64,000 bases of DNA from a virus: IMG/VR virus record IMGVR_UViG_3300009152_000041, positions 1,901 through 65,900 of that record. One strand, written 5' to 3'. This document shows positions 10,713 to 22,472 of this stretch, piece by piece (position 1 is the stretch's first letter; each line of letters opens with the position of its first letter). The position numbers were made by a program, and so were the translations under genes. The notes beneath the pieces are model-generated. The model was not told the DNA's origin. It saw only the letters and a program-made list of their open reading frames with translations, and searched no databases.

Positions 10713-13700
10713 GATAATACACCCCAATCATTTCCTTCCATATCTTGAATCTTATATGCTACACCGGCGGTTATGTTCTTACTTATTATACTATACAACT
10801 CTGCTTCACTAGTAAAATTATTTAATACTTCTTTTGGCAGTTTTATTATAATGAATCCGCCCTTTGAATATGCCTGTTGATCTGGTGGATAAACATCCCA
10901 GAATGAAGATGCTTCTTTGACTTCTTTAAAGACCTTGTTTATATCGAGTGATCCATAAGATTGTACATCTATAGTCTTACCCATAGTAGCCTTTAATCCT
11001 CCGCCTTTTAATCTTAAATCTTCAATAGCTAAATCTTTAACATCTACAGAATTCAATACGTGAACCAGCCCTATTTGAAGAGAAAATGGATCGTAGTTAA
11101 CGCTATTATATGGATCAAAAATAGAAGTATTATAAGTAAAATCTATTGGAGAATCATATGAATAGTCGCTAACATAATCCCAAACATAGCCATCTTGACT
11201 AGAGCTTCTAACTTCTATTCTTATAGGTTTAATATAAATATGTAGAGGCTTTTCTGTTTCTACTGTGTTTTTATTGAGGAATGGATTCAATGGAATAACT
11301 CTGCCGTTAATTTGTTTGAGCGGAATACCATTTGATTTAGCGGTGTAGTTCACTCTTATTAGATCTGGATCACTCGTTATCGGTGTGATGAAATCTACTA
11401 TTCCAGTCTGGGAATTAATATTTCTTATAAGATTTGAATCTACTGCTGTCCATGGTGAGTCAACTGATTCTCTTGTTTCAAAATCAACCCAGTTAACAAC
11501 TGACCCACATTCCATTTGCGAAGGTTCCATAAAAGTTGCTATAGGAACTTGCATTAATTGATATCTCTTAGATGATAAAACTATTGGTGTTTCATTAATT
11601 ATAGTAATATATGGTTTACCAGCAATCTGAGACCAGATTACATTACCCATATTTAAAGTTGAATATGTAGCTCTTAATACTTTCCCAGTGTACTTTTCAG
11701 CCCAAGAAGTCCAACCATAAGCTGGGTTTATGTATATATCTTTTGTGAAAGATCCAGATGTTATATACAACGGCCATTGTTGAAACTTTGAAAGATTTGG
11801 TGGGATCGATGATATTCCTATTCTTGATGATGGAACATATTCAACATTGTATATAGGGCATGCCATCTTTACTGGTATGGAAGAAGGTATTATTTTGCCA
11901 GAAGTCTTTGGTCCAAAGAAGTCTAATCCATTTCCAAGATTTCCATCTGCATCTACTGCAAGTGCAGCAATGTATACATTTTCTGGACCTCTTGAAATGT
12001 AGTCTACATAATAAAGATTCATACCTAAAAATTCTTTTTTCTTATTATCATAGAAACCATAAAGAAAACCACCATCATCTCTAGCATTATTTGTTAATAT
12101 AAAAGATCCATAATCTGTATTAAATTCTTTATCAGTAGAAAGAGTATTTACAAAAGATTGAAGATCTATGCCGTATGGTTTACCAACTTTATCTTTATCT
12201 AAACTTGGTTGAGTTAAAAGTACGAGGCCATCTAAGACAGAGATTGCTTTTTTTGCAGATTTTATTATAGAACCATCTGTTTTCATTAACCAATAATTAT
12301 CCAAAAGCTTCTCAGCGCTTTTGATTACGTTTGAATTTTCATATATAAGAGATGAAGTTTCAAAAACTAATCTATTCGAAGAAATACTTAAATTTAAATC
12401 TGAACTATTTACTGGGTTTCCAGTCGCTGAAACAACATTAGCTACAGCAAAAGTATTTGAGTTTATTGAAACTGTTTTTGTCTGCGTTAAGTTTATTGAT
12501 ATAGATTCATCTTTGTACTGAGGCTCTAAATTAGAATCAGAGTAAGGTGTAAATGGCGGACTATATGAAGTGCTACTAAAATTAATTGTAGTATTCGATA
12601 AGTTTAAAGTTTTTTCTCCAGACCATGTAGGATATGTTATAGATACTGGAGTTGTTGCATACTTGGTGGACTTAACACCATTTAGATCTATAATCTCAGC
12701 TTTGTTTGGAGATATACCAGTAACTGATCCAGCTATATTAAACTTTATTTCTACTGGAGCTGTAGTCGTATCTAATCTATAACCACTTTCGACTATTGTT
12801 TGAGCATTAAAAGTATCTAGTGTGTAACCAATTTCAAATTCTACTTTAGCTAAAGAATAACCTTCAGTAAAGGTTCCATATTTCCCCCCTAATGAACCAC
12901 CATTAAACTGGAAAGCAAAGAACATACACTCTGCCATAGGCTTATTAACTTCAATTGTAAACTTTTCAGTTGTATACTCTGCAGCGCCTTTAATTATATT
13001 TTTGCCAGCCATGTCTATCCCAGAATAGACTACTGCCTGCTTGAGAGCTATTCCCTTATAGTCTGGTGCACCAGCAAATGTTCCAGGATATATAGTCACA
13101 GATTTGAGAACTTGACCCTTTAGATCTTGTTGCGTTATTCCATCAATTGAAATTTGGTCAAATGGAACTGCAAAAAATATTGAATCTACTAATTTTTTAG
13201 GACCAGATTGACCAGTATATGTTATTTTTCTATAATTCCAATCTCTATTAGGAAGATCATGTAACTCTATCGCATCTGCGGCTGCTACAACATACTTAAC
13301 AACTGTTGGATTATTTACTTGTAACCTAGCTATTATTGCACTATATCGGGTTGGATCAGAATTCTTTATAGATTTCCAAATATGAATTGCGATTAATGAC
13401 TTAGTTTCGCTATCAACCGTTCCATTTTCATATCTTGCATTGACTGATGCCTGAAAAGCCAAAACTGCATTTCGTGTGTTTGCTTTAAACTGTCCACTTA
13501 ATTCTGGAAGTTTTCCAGCAACCAATATCCCGGCTTCCCTCATACTTATCTGTATATATTTAATATAATCTGGAAGCATATTGGGTTTATTTTCTCCATA
13601 TGCTCCGATGATATTACCTTGTTGTATGTCCCCTGTATATAAAAAGTTATTAACTGGATCGTTACTATTTATCCCTTGCCTGTAGGCGTCAATTCTATCA

Positions 13701-16438
13701 GCACCAGAAAATGCTGCGCCAGTTTCAAAAGTTTTGGTAAGAGCAATATCGTCTGCTTCCCTTTTGGAACCAGGTGGAAAAACATCTTCATATCTTGCTT
13801 GTCTTGATAGTGTTGCTGTATATTCTGCGGTAATAACTGCTGACCAATTTGCACTAAAGCTTAGCGTTGATTCACTTGATTGATTATAAGAATTAAAGAT
13901 AGAAAAATTAAACGTATAATTTTTATAACTATTAGACGAAGATATTGAACTAGAAAGTCCATCGTTTATTTCTTTGGTCGATGATCTATATAGTCTTTCT
14001 CTTATAACGTAAGGACCAAAGCCACCGGGCACAGTGAATTGAGCTGATGGAGAATTAGTATACGCATAAACTGCCCCAGTAATGCTATCGTTGTTTATCT
14101 TAAATAGATTATAAGAAGTTGGTATCTCTGTACCACTTTGTACAACGGCTGCGTAAATACGATCTCCACCTTTTATCGGAGTAGCGTTTGCGATTTCTAC
14201 GTCATTATTTGTTATCTCTATAAAAAATTCTAAATTACTAGAATCAATTTCTTGCAAAGAGATACTGTGTTGATCAGCTAAAAAGTCATAAATAGATTTT
14301 TTGTAAAATTCTAACACTGAAGAATTACTTGGGATTAAATTCCTTGCATACTTTGAGGTTCCAACAGCATTTTGATTGTCTACCTTAATAAGAGAATATA
14401 CTTCTTTTTTCTCGTCTTCTAATAAAACGTTTCCATTTAATACATATGAAGATTGCCAATTTGAAACCTGATAGTACATTGACGATCTTAGATCTTTAAC
14501 CTTAGTTGAAAATATTCTATTTAATAATGCAACCGAACATGCATTGTATAGCATTTTCATTGGACCTTCTATTGCTGCTACAGCAGTAAACGTAGCTTGA
14601 GTTATGCTAGTTGGACCATTGTTACTTGTTGCTATATCAAAGATGGAAGATGGTTGGTATATGTCATTGCAGTATTTAAGCATTGGTGTGGTTGTGGCCA
14701 ATAGCGTGCCTTTAGATAGCGAATCAGTTGAAGGTGTGAACTCTAAGCTAACGAATATAGGCTTACTTCTAGAGTTAGTTAGCACAGTATTATTGGTTGA
14801 AATATTTCCAGTAAATTCTTTTACTGTTTTTTTAGTTGTAAGATTAGAAAGATTGCTTCTTCCAAATATTGAATATACATCGTAGTTAACATTATCTACA
14901 GTTAATCTTTCAAAAATACCTGGGTTAATCGGCCAAGCATTGGTTTTATTTTCATTAAGAAAAATATTTTCCTGATTATAGGTCCATGTATCTAGCGGAT
15001 ATTCCTGGGCACTGACCGATAAGGATGGATCTATTGATTGTGCGCCAGTATAATCAATTGCCTGTGTTGTGATAACAGAAAGTTTTGATAAATCTAATAC
15101 CAGTGTTCCCTGAGTCTGCTCTAGATACTTCTTTAGCTTTAGACCTTGTTCTGTAGTTATTGGAGAACTAGGAGTCCAGGTGACTATGTCGTATAGAGAA
15201 AGTTCATCATCAGTAACTTTATCTAAATTTAATAACCAATACGATGCTTGATTTTTTCCGTATTGATTACTCTTTTCCGATAAGGGATTTGCATATTTGT
15301 ACTTAGATGCATTAAACGGAGACTGCTCTAGTCTCAAAAAAGCGTAAGGGTTTGCTGCGCCAAAATCATTAGATTGCTCCATGCCAGATATCTGTGCTGA
15401 TGTTGATAGCACGGCACAATTAATTACTTTTTGTTTTATAGAACTTTCTTTATCTATTTCTTCACCATAATTTATAGATGAAACATCAACGGATCTTTTA
15501 ACTTTAGTTATTAATCTCCAGTTAAAAGATTCATAAGTTCTATTATCTGACAAAGCTTTTTTAGGAACAAATACTTCAAAACCTTCTGCTCTAGCATTCG
15601 TGCTGTTAATTAAATTATTTTTTGATGTAATAGATTTTTTACTATATATTTTTTTTGACCTTGAAGAATTATCTACAACAATTGATTCCTCTCCAATTCT
15701 ATTAAAAATACTAACAGTATTAATGTTTTCTTTATATTGAGGAATCGTTGAAGATATTGACTCAGTTGAAGATAGCGTAACCTTATCGTAAACTAACGAT
15801 AAGTCTACTGGAGATGGACTATCAAATAAAGCTATTATCTTAGAAGGAATATTTGATCTATTTGAATAGATTGGCAAATCTAATTGTTCAATTAATATTC
15901 TATATTTTTTCAAACCAGTAGATTGATCTACATACTCAAAACCATTTTTGTCAATAACTTTAATTGACTTTGGAACACTGGACTCTGACAAAAAATCATC
16001 AAGTCCATCATATGCGTAAGAACTTCTTGGCAGGAGAGTATAGTATCTAGAAACATAAAACGAATGAACAAATCCGTTCTTATTAAGATCTTCAATGTAG
16101 TACTTCTTATCTAATGCACGTGTGTTTAGGAATACATCGCTCACGCTAATGTCATCTGAATCGAATACCGTATAGCCATCTGAGTCCTCTAGTATTCCTA
16201 GTTCATTGGCAAAAACTATTTTATTCTTTGCAGATCTATTTGAAGCATTAATATTTGAAGAGTATGAATTCTCTGGTATAAAATTAGACAGATCTGTTAC
16301 TGAAATGTTATTTGCTGGAGTTACTGGCTTTGAGTTAAACCAAACTAAAGCGGTTGAGGAATCATCTAGTGGTAAATTATTTACTTTTCTTATCTTTTTT
16401 TGACTACTGTTGTCAATATTTAAATTAAACTTATCCAC
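10709..16438 (-). CDS. Giant structural protein (1909 aa) with a putative internal peptidoglycan-binding domain
   Basis: GTG start with GAGGA SD. The mid-protein segment YIQISMREAGILVAGKLPELSGQFKANTRNAVLAFQASVNARYENGTVDSETKSLI matches the PG_binding_1 pattern dG-f-x-x-T-x-x-AV-x-x-FQ...G-x-vD-x-x-T. Confidence 0.6.
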   Translation of the reverse strand: MDKFNLNIDNSSQKKIRKVNNLPLDDSSTALVWFNSKPVTPANNISVTDLSNFIPENSYSSNINASNRSAKNKIVFANELGILEDSDGYTVFDSDDISVSDVFLNTRALDKKYYIEDLNKNGFVHSFYVSRYYTLLPRSSYAYDGLDDFLSESSVPKSIKVIDKNGFEYVDQSTGLKKYRILIEQLDLPIYSNRSNIPSKIIALFDSPSPVDLSLVYDKVTLSSTESISSTIPQYKENINTVSIFNRIGEESIVVDNSSRSKKIYSKKSITSKNNLINSTNARAEGFEVFVPKKALSDNRTYESFNWRLITKVKRSVDVSSINYGEEIDKESSIKQKVINCAVLSTSAQISGMEQSNDFGAANPYAFLRLEQSPFNASKYKYANPLSEKSNQYGKNQASYWLLNLDKVTDDELSLYDIVTWTPSSPITTEQGLKLKKYLEQTQGTLVLDLSKLSVITTQAIDYTGAQSIDPSLSVSAQEYPLDTWTYNQENIFLNENKTNAWPINPGIFERLTVDNVNYDVYSIFGRSNLSNLTTKKTVKEFTGNISTNNTVLTNSRSKPIFVSLEFTPSTDSLSKGTLLATTTPMLKYCNDIYQPSSIFDIATSNNGPTSITQATFTAVAAIEGPMKMLYNACSVALLNRIFSTKVKDLRSSMYYQVSNWQSSYVLNGNVLLEDEKKEVYSLIKVDNQNAVGTSKYARNLIPSNSSVLEFYKKSIYDFLADQHSISLQEIDSSNLEFFIEITNNDVEIANATPIKGGDRIYAAVVQSGTEIPTSYNLFKINNDSITGAVYAYTNSPSAQFTVPGGFGPYVIRERLYRSSTKEINDGLSSSISSSNSYKNYTFNFSIFNSYNQSSESTLSFSANWSAVITAEYTATLSRQARYEDVFPPGSKREADDIALTKTFETGAAFSGADRIDAYRQGINSNDPVNNFLYTGDIQQGNIIGAYGENKPNMLPDYIKYIQISMREAGILVAGKLPELSGQFKANTRNAVLAFQASVNARYENGTVDSETKSLIAIHIWKSIKNSDPTRYSAIIARLQVNNPTVVKYVVAAADAIELHDLPNRDWNYRKITYTGQSGPKKLVDSIFFAVPFDQISIDGITQQDLKGQVLKSVTIYPGTFAGAPDYKGIALKQAVVYSGIDMAGKNIIKGAAEYTTEKFTIEVNKPMAECMFFAFQFNGGSLGGKYGTFTEGYSLAKVEFEIGYTLDTFNAQTIVESGYRLDTTTAPVEIKFNIAGSVTGISPNKAEIIDLNGVKSTKYATTPVSITYPTWSGEKTLNLSNTTINFSSTSYSPPFTPYSDSNLEPQYKDESISINLTQTKTVSINSNTFAVANVVSATGNPVNSSDLNLSISSNRLVFETSSLIYENSNVIKSAEKLLDNYWLMKTDGSIIKSAKKAISVLDGLVLLTQPSLDKDKVGKPYGIDLQSFVNTLSTDKEFNTDYGSFILTNNARDDGGFLYGFYDNKKKEFLGMNLYYVDYISRGPENVYIAALAVDADGNLGNGLDFFGPKTSGKIIPSSIPVKMACPIYNVEYVPSSRIGISSIPPNLSKFQQWPLYITSGSFTKDIYINPAYGWTSWAEKYTGKVLRATYSTLNMGNVIWSQIAGKPYITIINETPIVLSSKRYQLMQVPIATFMEPSQMECGSVVNWVDFETRESVDSPWTAVDSNLIRNINSQTGIVDFITPITSDPDLIRVNYTAKSNGIPLKQINGRVIPLNPFLNKNTVETEKPLHIYIKPIRIEVRSSSQDGYVWDYVSDYSYDSPIDFTYNTSIFDPYNSVNYDPFSLQIGLVHVLNSVDVKDLAIEDLRLKGGGLKATMGKTIDVQSYGSLDINKVFKEVKEASSFWDVYPPDQQAYSKGGFIIIKLPKEVLNNFTSEAELYSIISKNITAGVAYKIQDMEGNDWGVLS

Positions 16439-16440
16439 AA

Positions 16441-19400
16441 TTAATCCTCATAATCCTTTATTAAGTTAGAGTAATCTGAAATAACATATGGGGTTGCACC
16501 AAAATATCCAGCTTGGTACTGGTCGTATCTTGGAATTGGCAGCCATTGTGGCGGCGTCCATCTAGGCGTCGATTCAGTGTTGTCTACTATGTTTTCATTA
16601 TAGTAACTAATTCTAAACGTTGGAGTAGAATATATATTCAATGATTTACTAATATCATGATTAATTATATCGGGTATCTTTAATCCAGGCACAAAATTGA
16701 TGTCTACATTATCATAAGATTCATACCAGAATAGAACATCGCCAACTGATGTATTTGGAGTCGAAGATGGAGTTGAACTTAACTCTGAATCGATAGCCAT
16801 AAACCAATATCCAGGAGTTGCTCTTTCCTGTGATGGAACTGGACCTATCTCGAACTTTCCATTAACATCCGTATAGACTATGCCTGAAGTAGTGTTCTTA
16901 TCTGGCTTTAAGGTTGAGTTACTATAGGGTACTTCGTTTAGGGTTGAGTATAGATATCTAGACTTTCTCCAGTAAATTACACTATTCTCACTTGGTGCAT
17001 TGTCGGTTGTTAGTATTCCCGATATGGTTGTAGATGATATTCCATCAGCATTGATGATGCTTGGGTTGGCTGACGCTAATAGCGTTGTATCTTCAGCCCT
17101 TGAAGAATATACTGGAATAAACTCAAGAGTAAAGAATTCACTAGTTTCACTATCTGGATGCGCTAATGGATTACTCGGGTATATTGCTCCATCAATTAAG
17201 ACCATCACGTTAGTACTGTATGCGATGTCTCCACTTTCATAAACTGCATTTACAGAAGCAAATCCTTCATCGTCTGTAGTTATGGTACTTTGAGCAAAGG
17301 TTAGCTGATGAAGTAGTGAGGAAAGACTAAAGCTTTGATATGGTTTTGGATTTCCTTCAGTATCTAAAGAAATTATACTTATAGTTATATAATCATTTCC
17401 ATCGTCTAAGATGTAACCCGGAGAAATATATAGTTTTATTCTGTCAAAGTCGTACGTTGCATTTGATGCAATTACGTAACCCTTGTCTAGGAGTGAGCTT
17501 GTTTGTCCAAAATTTAAATCAATAGGAGTTGAGTCTTCGTATATTGAAGATTCATATGTGATCTCATAGTTCATTGTAGCGTTAGGAGTAGCATCAAAAA
17601 CTATCTTTGAATAATATGAAGAACCATCAAGGATATTATCCACGTAATATGAATTAACAACCTTATATTTTATGTAATAGTCTCTATCTTTTTTAAATTC
17701 ATATGTAGATTTATCTAACTTAATAAATGAATTATTTGTTGAAAGATTGCTGAATAGAAGCTCTCCAGTGTACGCATCTGTAATAGAAAGATTATAAACA
17801 TTTTTATAACCAAGATGAAAGCTATTGTCAAACTTAGGCTGTAACGTTTCTGTATTTTCAAATCCAAAATGCCTTGGAGAAGACTCATGAGGAAATCCCA
17901 CCTCAGTATAAATTTCAGGAGTTGCTGAACCAACTAAAGAAACATTTACCATAACCGGAGCACCTTGCCTAGGTGCATTGGCTAATGTTACCTCTTTTAG
18001 TATTCCAGTTTTAACCTCAGTTACCGGCTTAGCATAGACGTAATACTCATCATTGTCTAAATGAATCCAGCCAGTATTAATCCTGGCGTCTAATCTTGCG
18101 TCGTATAATTTTCCTCTAACTATAAAGTTATCAAATACCGTAGTATTTCTCTGTAGATCATATGACTCAGAGATGGAATTATCTGGATATCTTAAACTCT
18201 TTGTGGTGTAATCAGTATCTGTGTAAATGCTAGATATACCGTTCGACTCAAGAACATACGTTCTATTTAAAAATGGATTAACGATTTTTTGTTCTGACCA
18301 AACTGATACATTTACAGATTCAGGATCTAAAACTTCAATTGTTTCAAAGAAGTATTTAAACTTTTCAGAACCAGACAGGCCAAAACCTTCTCTTGTTAAT
18401 TCTGGTAATGAAATATAATTACTATTTTTTCCTGGAACATATTCACCATTTAAGGAGTTATAACTGATTACCCCATATTCATCAACGTATCCAGAGATAG
18501 GAGAAGCATGTGTTAGCTCAAAGGGATCCCAATTAACTATCTCAAATGGATAGATTGAGCTATTTTGAGTCGATACTGTAAGTGAATTCGGAGTACTAGT
18601 ATATGGATAGCTAAGTTGAGTAAAGTAATATGATGCAGTTGCAGCGGATCCGTTTACTGTAGTTGTTCCAATTTTAGCGTTTGAACTAGGTGTTGCAAGA
18701 TTTGAACTATTAAATCTTATGCTTAAGTTGGGTGAAGATGGAATAAATACTTCTCTATCAGTTTCTAAATAATAAGAAACACCACCATAGCCAGAAAAAG
18801 CTGAATTGTCATCAAGGTAATCTACGTCTACGCTTGTTGGTTTCAAGTTATTAATAAATATCTGTCTTGGCGTTGCTCCTACTGGCATGATTATATTAGA
18901 GACAATTCTATTATGATCAATTGAATAACCACTTGGTGGCGTAGCAACATTATTGATAATAATTTCAGACTCTTGTGGAGTTGTGTATTTAGTTACTTGA
19001 ACTGGATTATATAGCTTTGAAAGAAGCTGCAGTTGTGTACTCTGAGCAAAGTTTGGTGTTGCTGATAATAGCGTTCCACTACTTATTAGATTCGCAGTTC
19101 TGTGAGAAAACTTTGCTTCAAAGTTATTAGAGTTTGGCGTTGCATAAGTTGAGCCATTCCATAATCCATTTTTAAGAACTATGTTTTCTATCTCAGATAC
19201 TTCTAATCTAGAAGTGTTAATTGAACTTTTTGTATCTTTATATCCAGATAATGTTTGTTTTTCTTTTAGTGAATATTTTGATGAAACATATCCTTCTGTA
19301 TCAAATATTTCTATAGAATTATATTCCGGGTAAGCTGAGTGAGTTGGACCAAAATTATTCTTTGGATAGAATGTGAGCGGTGCAAAAAATGTTATTGGCG

Positions 19401-21220
19401 TTGCATATGACCCGTGCGGGGTAGCACTGAATTCAAGAGTTAGATTTACGGTAGCTGCTGGATTATTGTATTCGGTAATTTCATAGGAACCATAATACTC
19501 ATACTGAAGTTTTACTGGTTCATACTTTAAAGAAGTGCTAACATTTTTCTTGCCCTTGGCAACTATTGAAGTTTCAAAAAACTGAGGAGTTGCATCGTAG
19601 TTAGTGACAAATAATCCAGCGTCATTTAAGTCTCCAACTCCTGGTTGATAATATGGTATTGCAATTTCTTCATCATAGTATCTAGAGCGAATTCTATTAA
19701 CACCCTCATTATCCTCTCCAGCGTAGTCCCAAATGCTATCTCCAAATCTAAAGTATCCCCAATTTGTAGGGTATCTTACATTTAAATCATCTACTAATTT
19801 TTTAAATAGATCAGTTGGATTACCATCTGCGGTAAAATATGGAGTTGAATATTCTATATCTGATATTTCTAAAATTTCAGGTGTTGCGCCTGGATAACTA
19901 GAAGATGGAGTGGCACCAAAAGCCTTCCAAAGATTTAACTCTCTTCTAAGAACTTTTTTAAATGATTCTATATCAGCGCCATTTGGATTTTTGAATACAT
20001 CTAGAATTCTTTCCTTATAGGAAGCGTTAGACTCAAGATGCATTCTAAATAAACCAACTCTTGCACCCATTTCGTCAAACCAGTTGTATCTTAATATTGG
20101 TGTTTGAGTTAAAGGAGTTACAGTTCCAGTATTTTCACTCTTTATTGAGAGATTTCCATATTCTTTTACTGTTAGAATTTCTCTATTTAAAGGGTTGTGA
20201 TAAAAAACATCATCAGAAATTTTTGATTTATAGAAATCAACAAGGTTATCTACTCTAGCTAATTCTAGAAGTTCATTAGATAATACTTTATTAAAAACAT
20301 TTGTTATATTTGTAGAAGAATACAACCAAGTTAATTGATTAACATCAGCTCTTTCTATAAAAGAGTTAATTCTAAATATATCTATTTCTCTATCAAAGTC
20401 ATCTAAATCTTCACCAATAACTGCATTTAAAAATTTGCCAGCTGTTGATTTTGGTACATATAAACTAGGAGTAGCCTGATCTATTGAGTCTTCATATAGA
20501 TGCATCCACGAAGGAAATCTGCCTAATACATTTTTTGTTGAACGTGAAATTACTGGGTTAGAAGGTTCTGATATAGCTACTTCTATTATAAGAAGAAAAC
20601 TTAAAGATGTTAATACTTCTAATTCCGTATTTACTACTACTTCAAATTTTGCATATCGCTTTACATCTTTTGATAGAAGTATTGATCCTAGAGCATTAGA
20701 AGTGGTAGTTACCGCTAGTAACCATGGTCCGATTTTGACTATCTGATTCGTATATATTTAAATCAAAAGTAATTGATTCAATACTGTTTAAGGAACTAGA
20801 AAAAGCTCCTTTAAAAGTTCTTATATCAATACGAGATGTTGTATCTATAAATCTATAGAGATAATCTTCTTCTGAATCAGCGGTAAAGATTGGCGTTGAA
20901 CTAGTATCTGGATCAAAAACAAAACTGTCACCGCTGACTGAATTTGAATTAAAGAATAAATGGGGACTTACACCAGGATCTAGATATAGTTCTCCAGTGT
21001 CAGTAACTGCATACGCACCTTCTATTGTTGGAGTGGCACCTTGTAATACGCTGGTTCCAGTATAAATGTAATCACCTAGTGAATTTAAACCAGTTGCTGA
21101 CCTAGTGTACGAGAAGTTTTTATAAAACTTATTTGAATAAAGGTCAATTACACTGGAGGTCCACAAATTATTACTTTTAGTGAAGTCTCCAGTGTTAAAG
21201 CTTAACAAATAGGTTTTCAT
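16441..21220 (-). CDS. Giant fibre-like protein, proposed single ~1592-aa product from ORFs 20696..21220 and 16441..20505 joined by a +1 shift at CGG_A (20731-20728)
   Basis: The 0 frame reads ...CAA AAT CGG ACC ATG...TAA. The +1 frame from GGA stays open for 75 codons across the apparent 190-nt gap and is in phase with ATG 20505, which has no SD. Both parts share the unusual [GS]ATP motif. Confidence 0.7.
20728..20731 (-). other. Candidate +1 recoding site AAT CGG A
   Basis: In-frame CGG (codon 164 of the 174-aa ORF). The +1 frame is contiguous with the 1354-aa ORF. Confidence 0.65.
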
Positions 21221-21231
21221 TTATTAAACTC

Positions 21232-22449
21232 CTAAACCGCATCTAGCCAAATACTGTATTCGCAAGTAACTCCATTGTCGGGGTGAACAAACATCAAATG
21301 CTGACACGGTCTGCTCATTGAGGAAAAATACTCTTGAGCATAAGTGTTATAGCTTTCTGGTGAACCTGAGACCCTGAGCATTGAGCTACCTATGGTCATC
21401 TTAAACTGCTGATGATAGTGGCCCATAAATATATCTTCGAAGTGCTCTGGGATTGCGCCATCTTTCCACCCCATTGCCCTCTTATAGTAGCCATGATATT
21501 GTCCTGGTGCAGGCATTTGGTCACCATGAATTAATAGAGAACTGTAGTTACCTATGGTGTCTACAGCGTACCAATGTCTTTCACCTTTTCCATCTGGAAT
21601 ATTAAAGGTTATTCTTGGCTCTTGTCTTCCTTCTTTGTAAAAGAATTCCATTGACTTGTAAAGCAGTCTGTCCATATTTGTTTCTGGATCATGCATCTTT
21701 CTACCACGTCCGCCTACTGCGCCGTGATTTCCTATCACGCCAGTAACATGTACGTGCTCAAAGTGTTGCAATACAGTGTCAAAGAACTTGCTCAGAATTG
21801 CTGGACCGTTAACGCCTACTTGTCTATAGAGTCCAGAATCTATAAGGTGAGCTTGTCCTGGGAATATTTCTTCACCCTCTACGATGTCACCCAACAGCCA
21901 TACGTGAAGATTTTTAACGGGATGATGCTTCCTTTGTATTTCCGTTATTTCTAGCAGTTTCTGAGTATAAACTTCTATTCTTTCTGCCAAAACTTCAGAG
22001 TTATAATCAGGAGTTATCTTACCCAATTGCCAATCCGCAAATACCGCTACTGCCGTTTCAGGAACACCTGGTAACACCTTAAGTGTTGGGCCCTTAATGG
22101 GAGCAGTTTCTATAGATGAAAAGGCATCAAATGCAGCTTGATACACTGCATAAACTGTTTCGTCTTTTACGTTCTTATTCTTTTCAGCTATTTTAGCCAA
22201 ACGTCTATTCTCAGATCTTAAAAAGATAGATTGATCAGCAGCTGTGGCTTCATGACTATCTAAGAAGATTTGAGCGTCTTGCTCTTCTTCATTCCACACT
22301 TCTGTTATTCCAGTTTCTATTATTTCACAATCATCATGTAGTACTTCGCCAGGAAAGTTATCATACCCTTCTGATACCATTCTTGCATGGGTCATGTTTT
22401 TTGCTTTTACTATCTGCTTTCTTATAACAGAGTAAGTTTGTTCAGACAT
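21232..22449 (-). CDS. Calcineurin-like metallophosphoesterase (405 aa)
   Basis: Ordered motifs: FADWQLGK (variant of motif I), LLGDIVEG (GD), VIGNHG (GNH), LLIHGD (H), MGHYHQ (GHxH). Confidence 0.7.
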   Translation of the reverse strand: MSEQTYSVIRKQIVKAKNMTHARMVSEGYDNFPGEVLHDDCEIIETGITEVWNEEEQDAQIFLDSHEATAADQSIFLRSENRRLAKIAEKNKNVKDETVYAVYQAAFDAFSSIETAPIKGPTLKVLPGVPETAVAVFADWQLGKITPDYNSEVLAERIEVYTQKLLEITEIQRKHHPVKNLHVWLLGDIVEGEEIFPGQAHLIDSGLYRQVGVNGPAILSKFFDTVLQHFEHVHVTGVIGNHGAVGGRGRKMHDPETNMDRLLYKSMEFFYKEGRQEPRITFNIPDGKGERHWYAVDTIGNYSSLLIHGDQMPAPGQYHGYYKRAMGWKDGAIPEHFEDIFMGHYHQQFKMTIGSSMLRVSGSPESYNTYAQEYFSSMSRPCQHLMFVHPDNGVTCEYSIWLDAV

Positions 22450-22472
22450 TAATTTACACCTTTTCTACTAGT

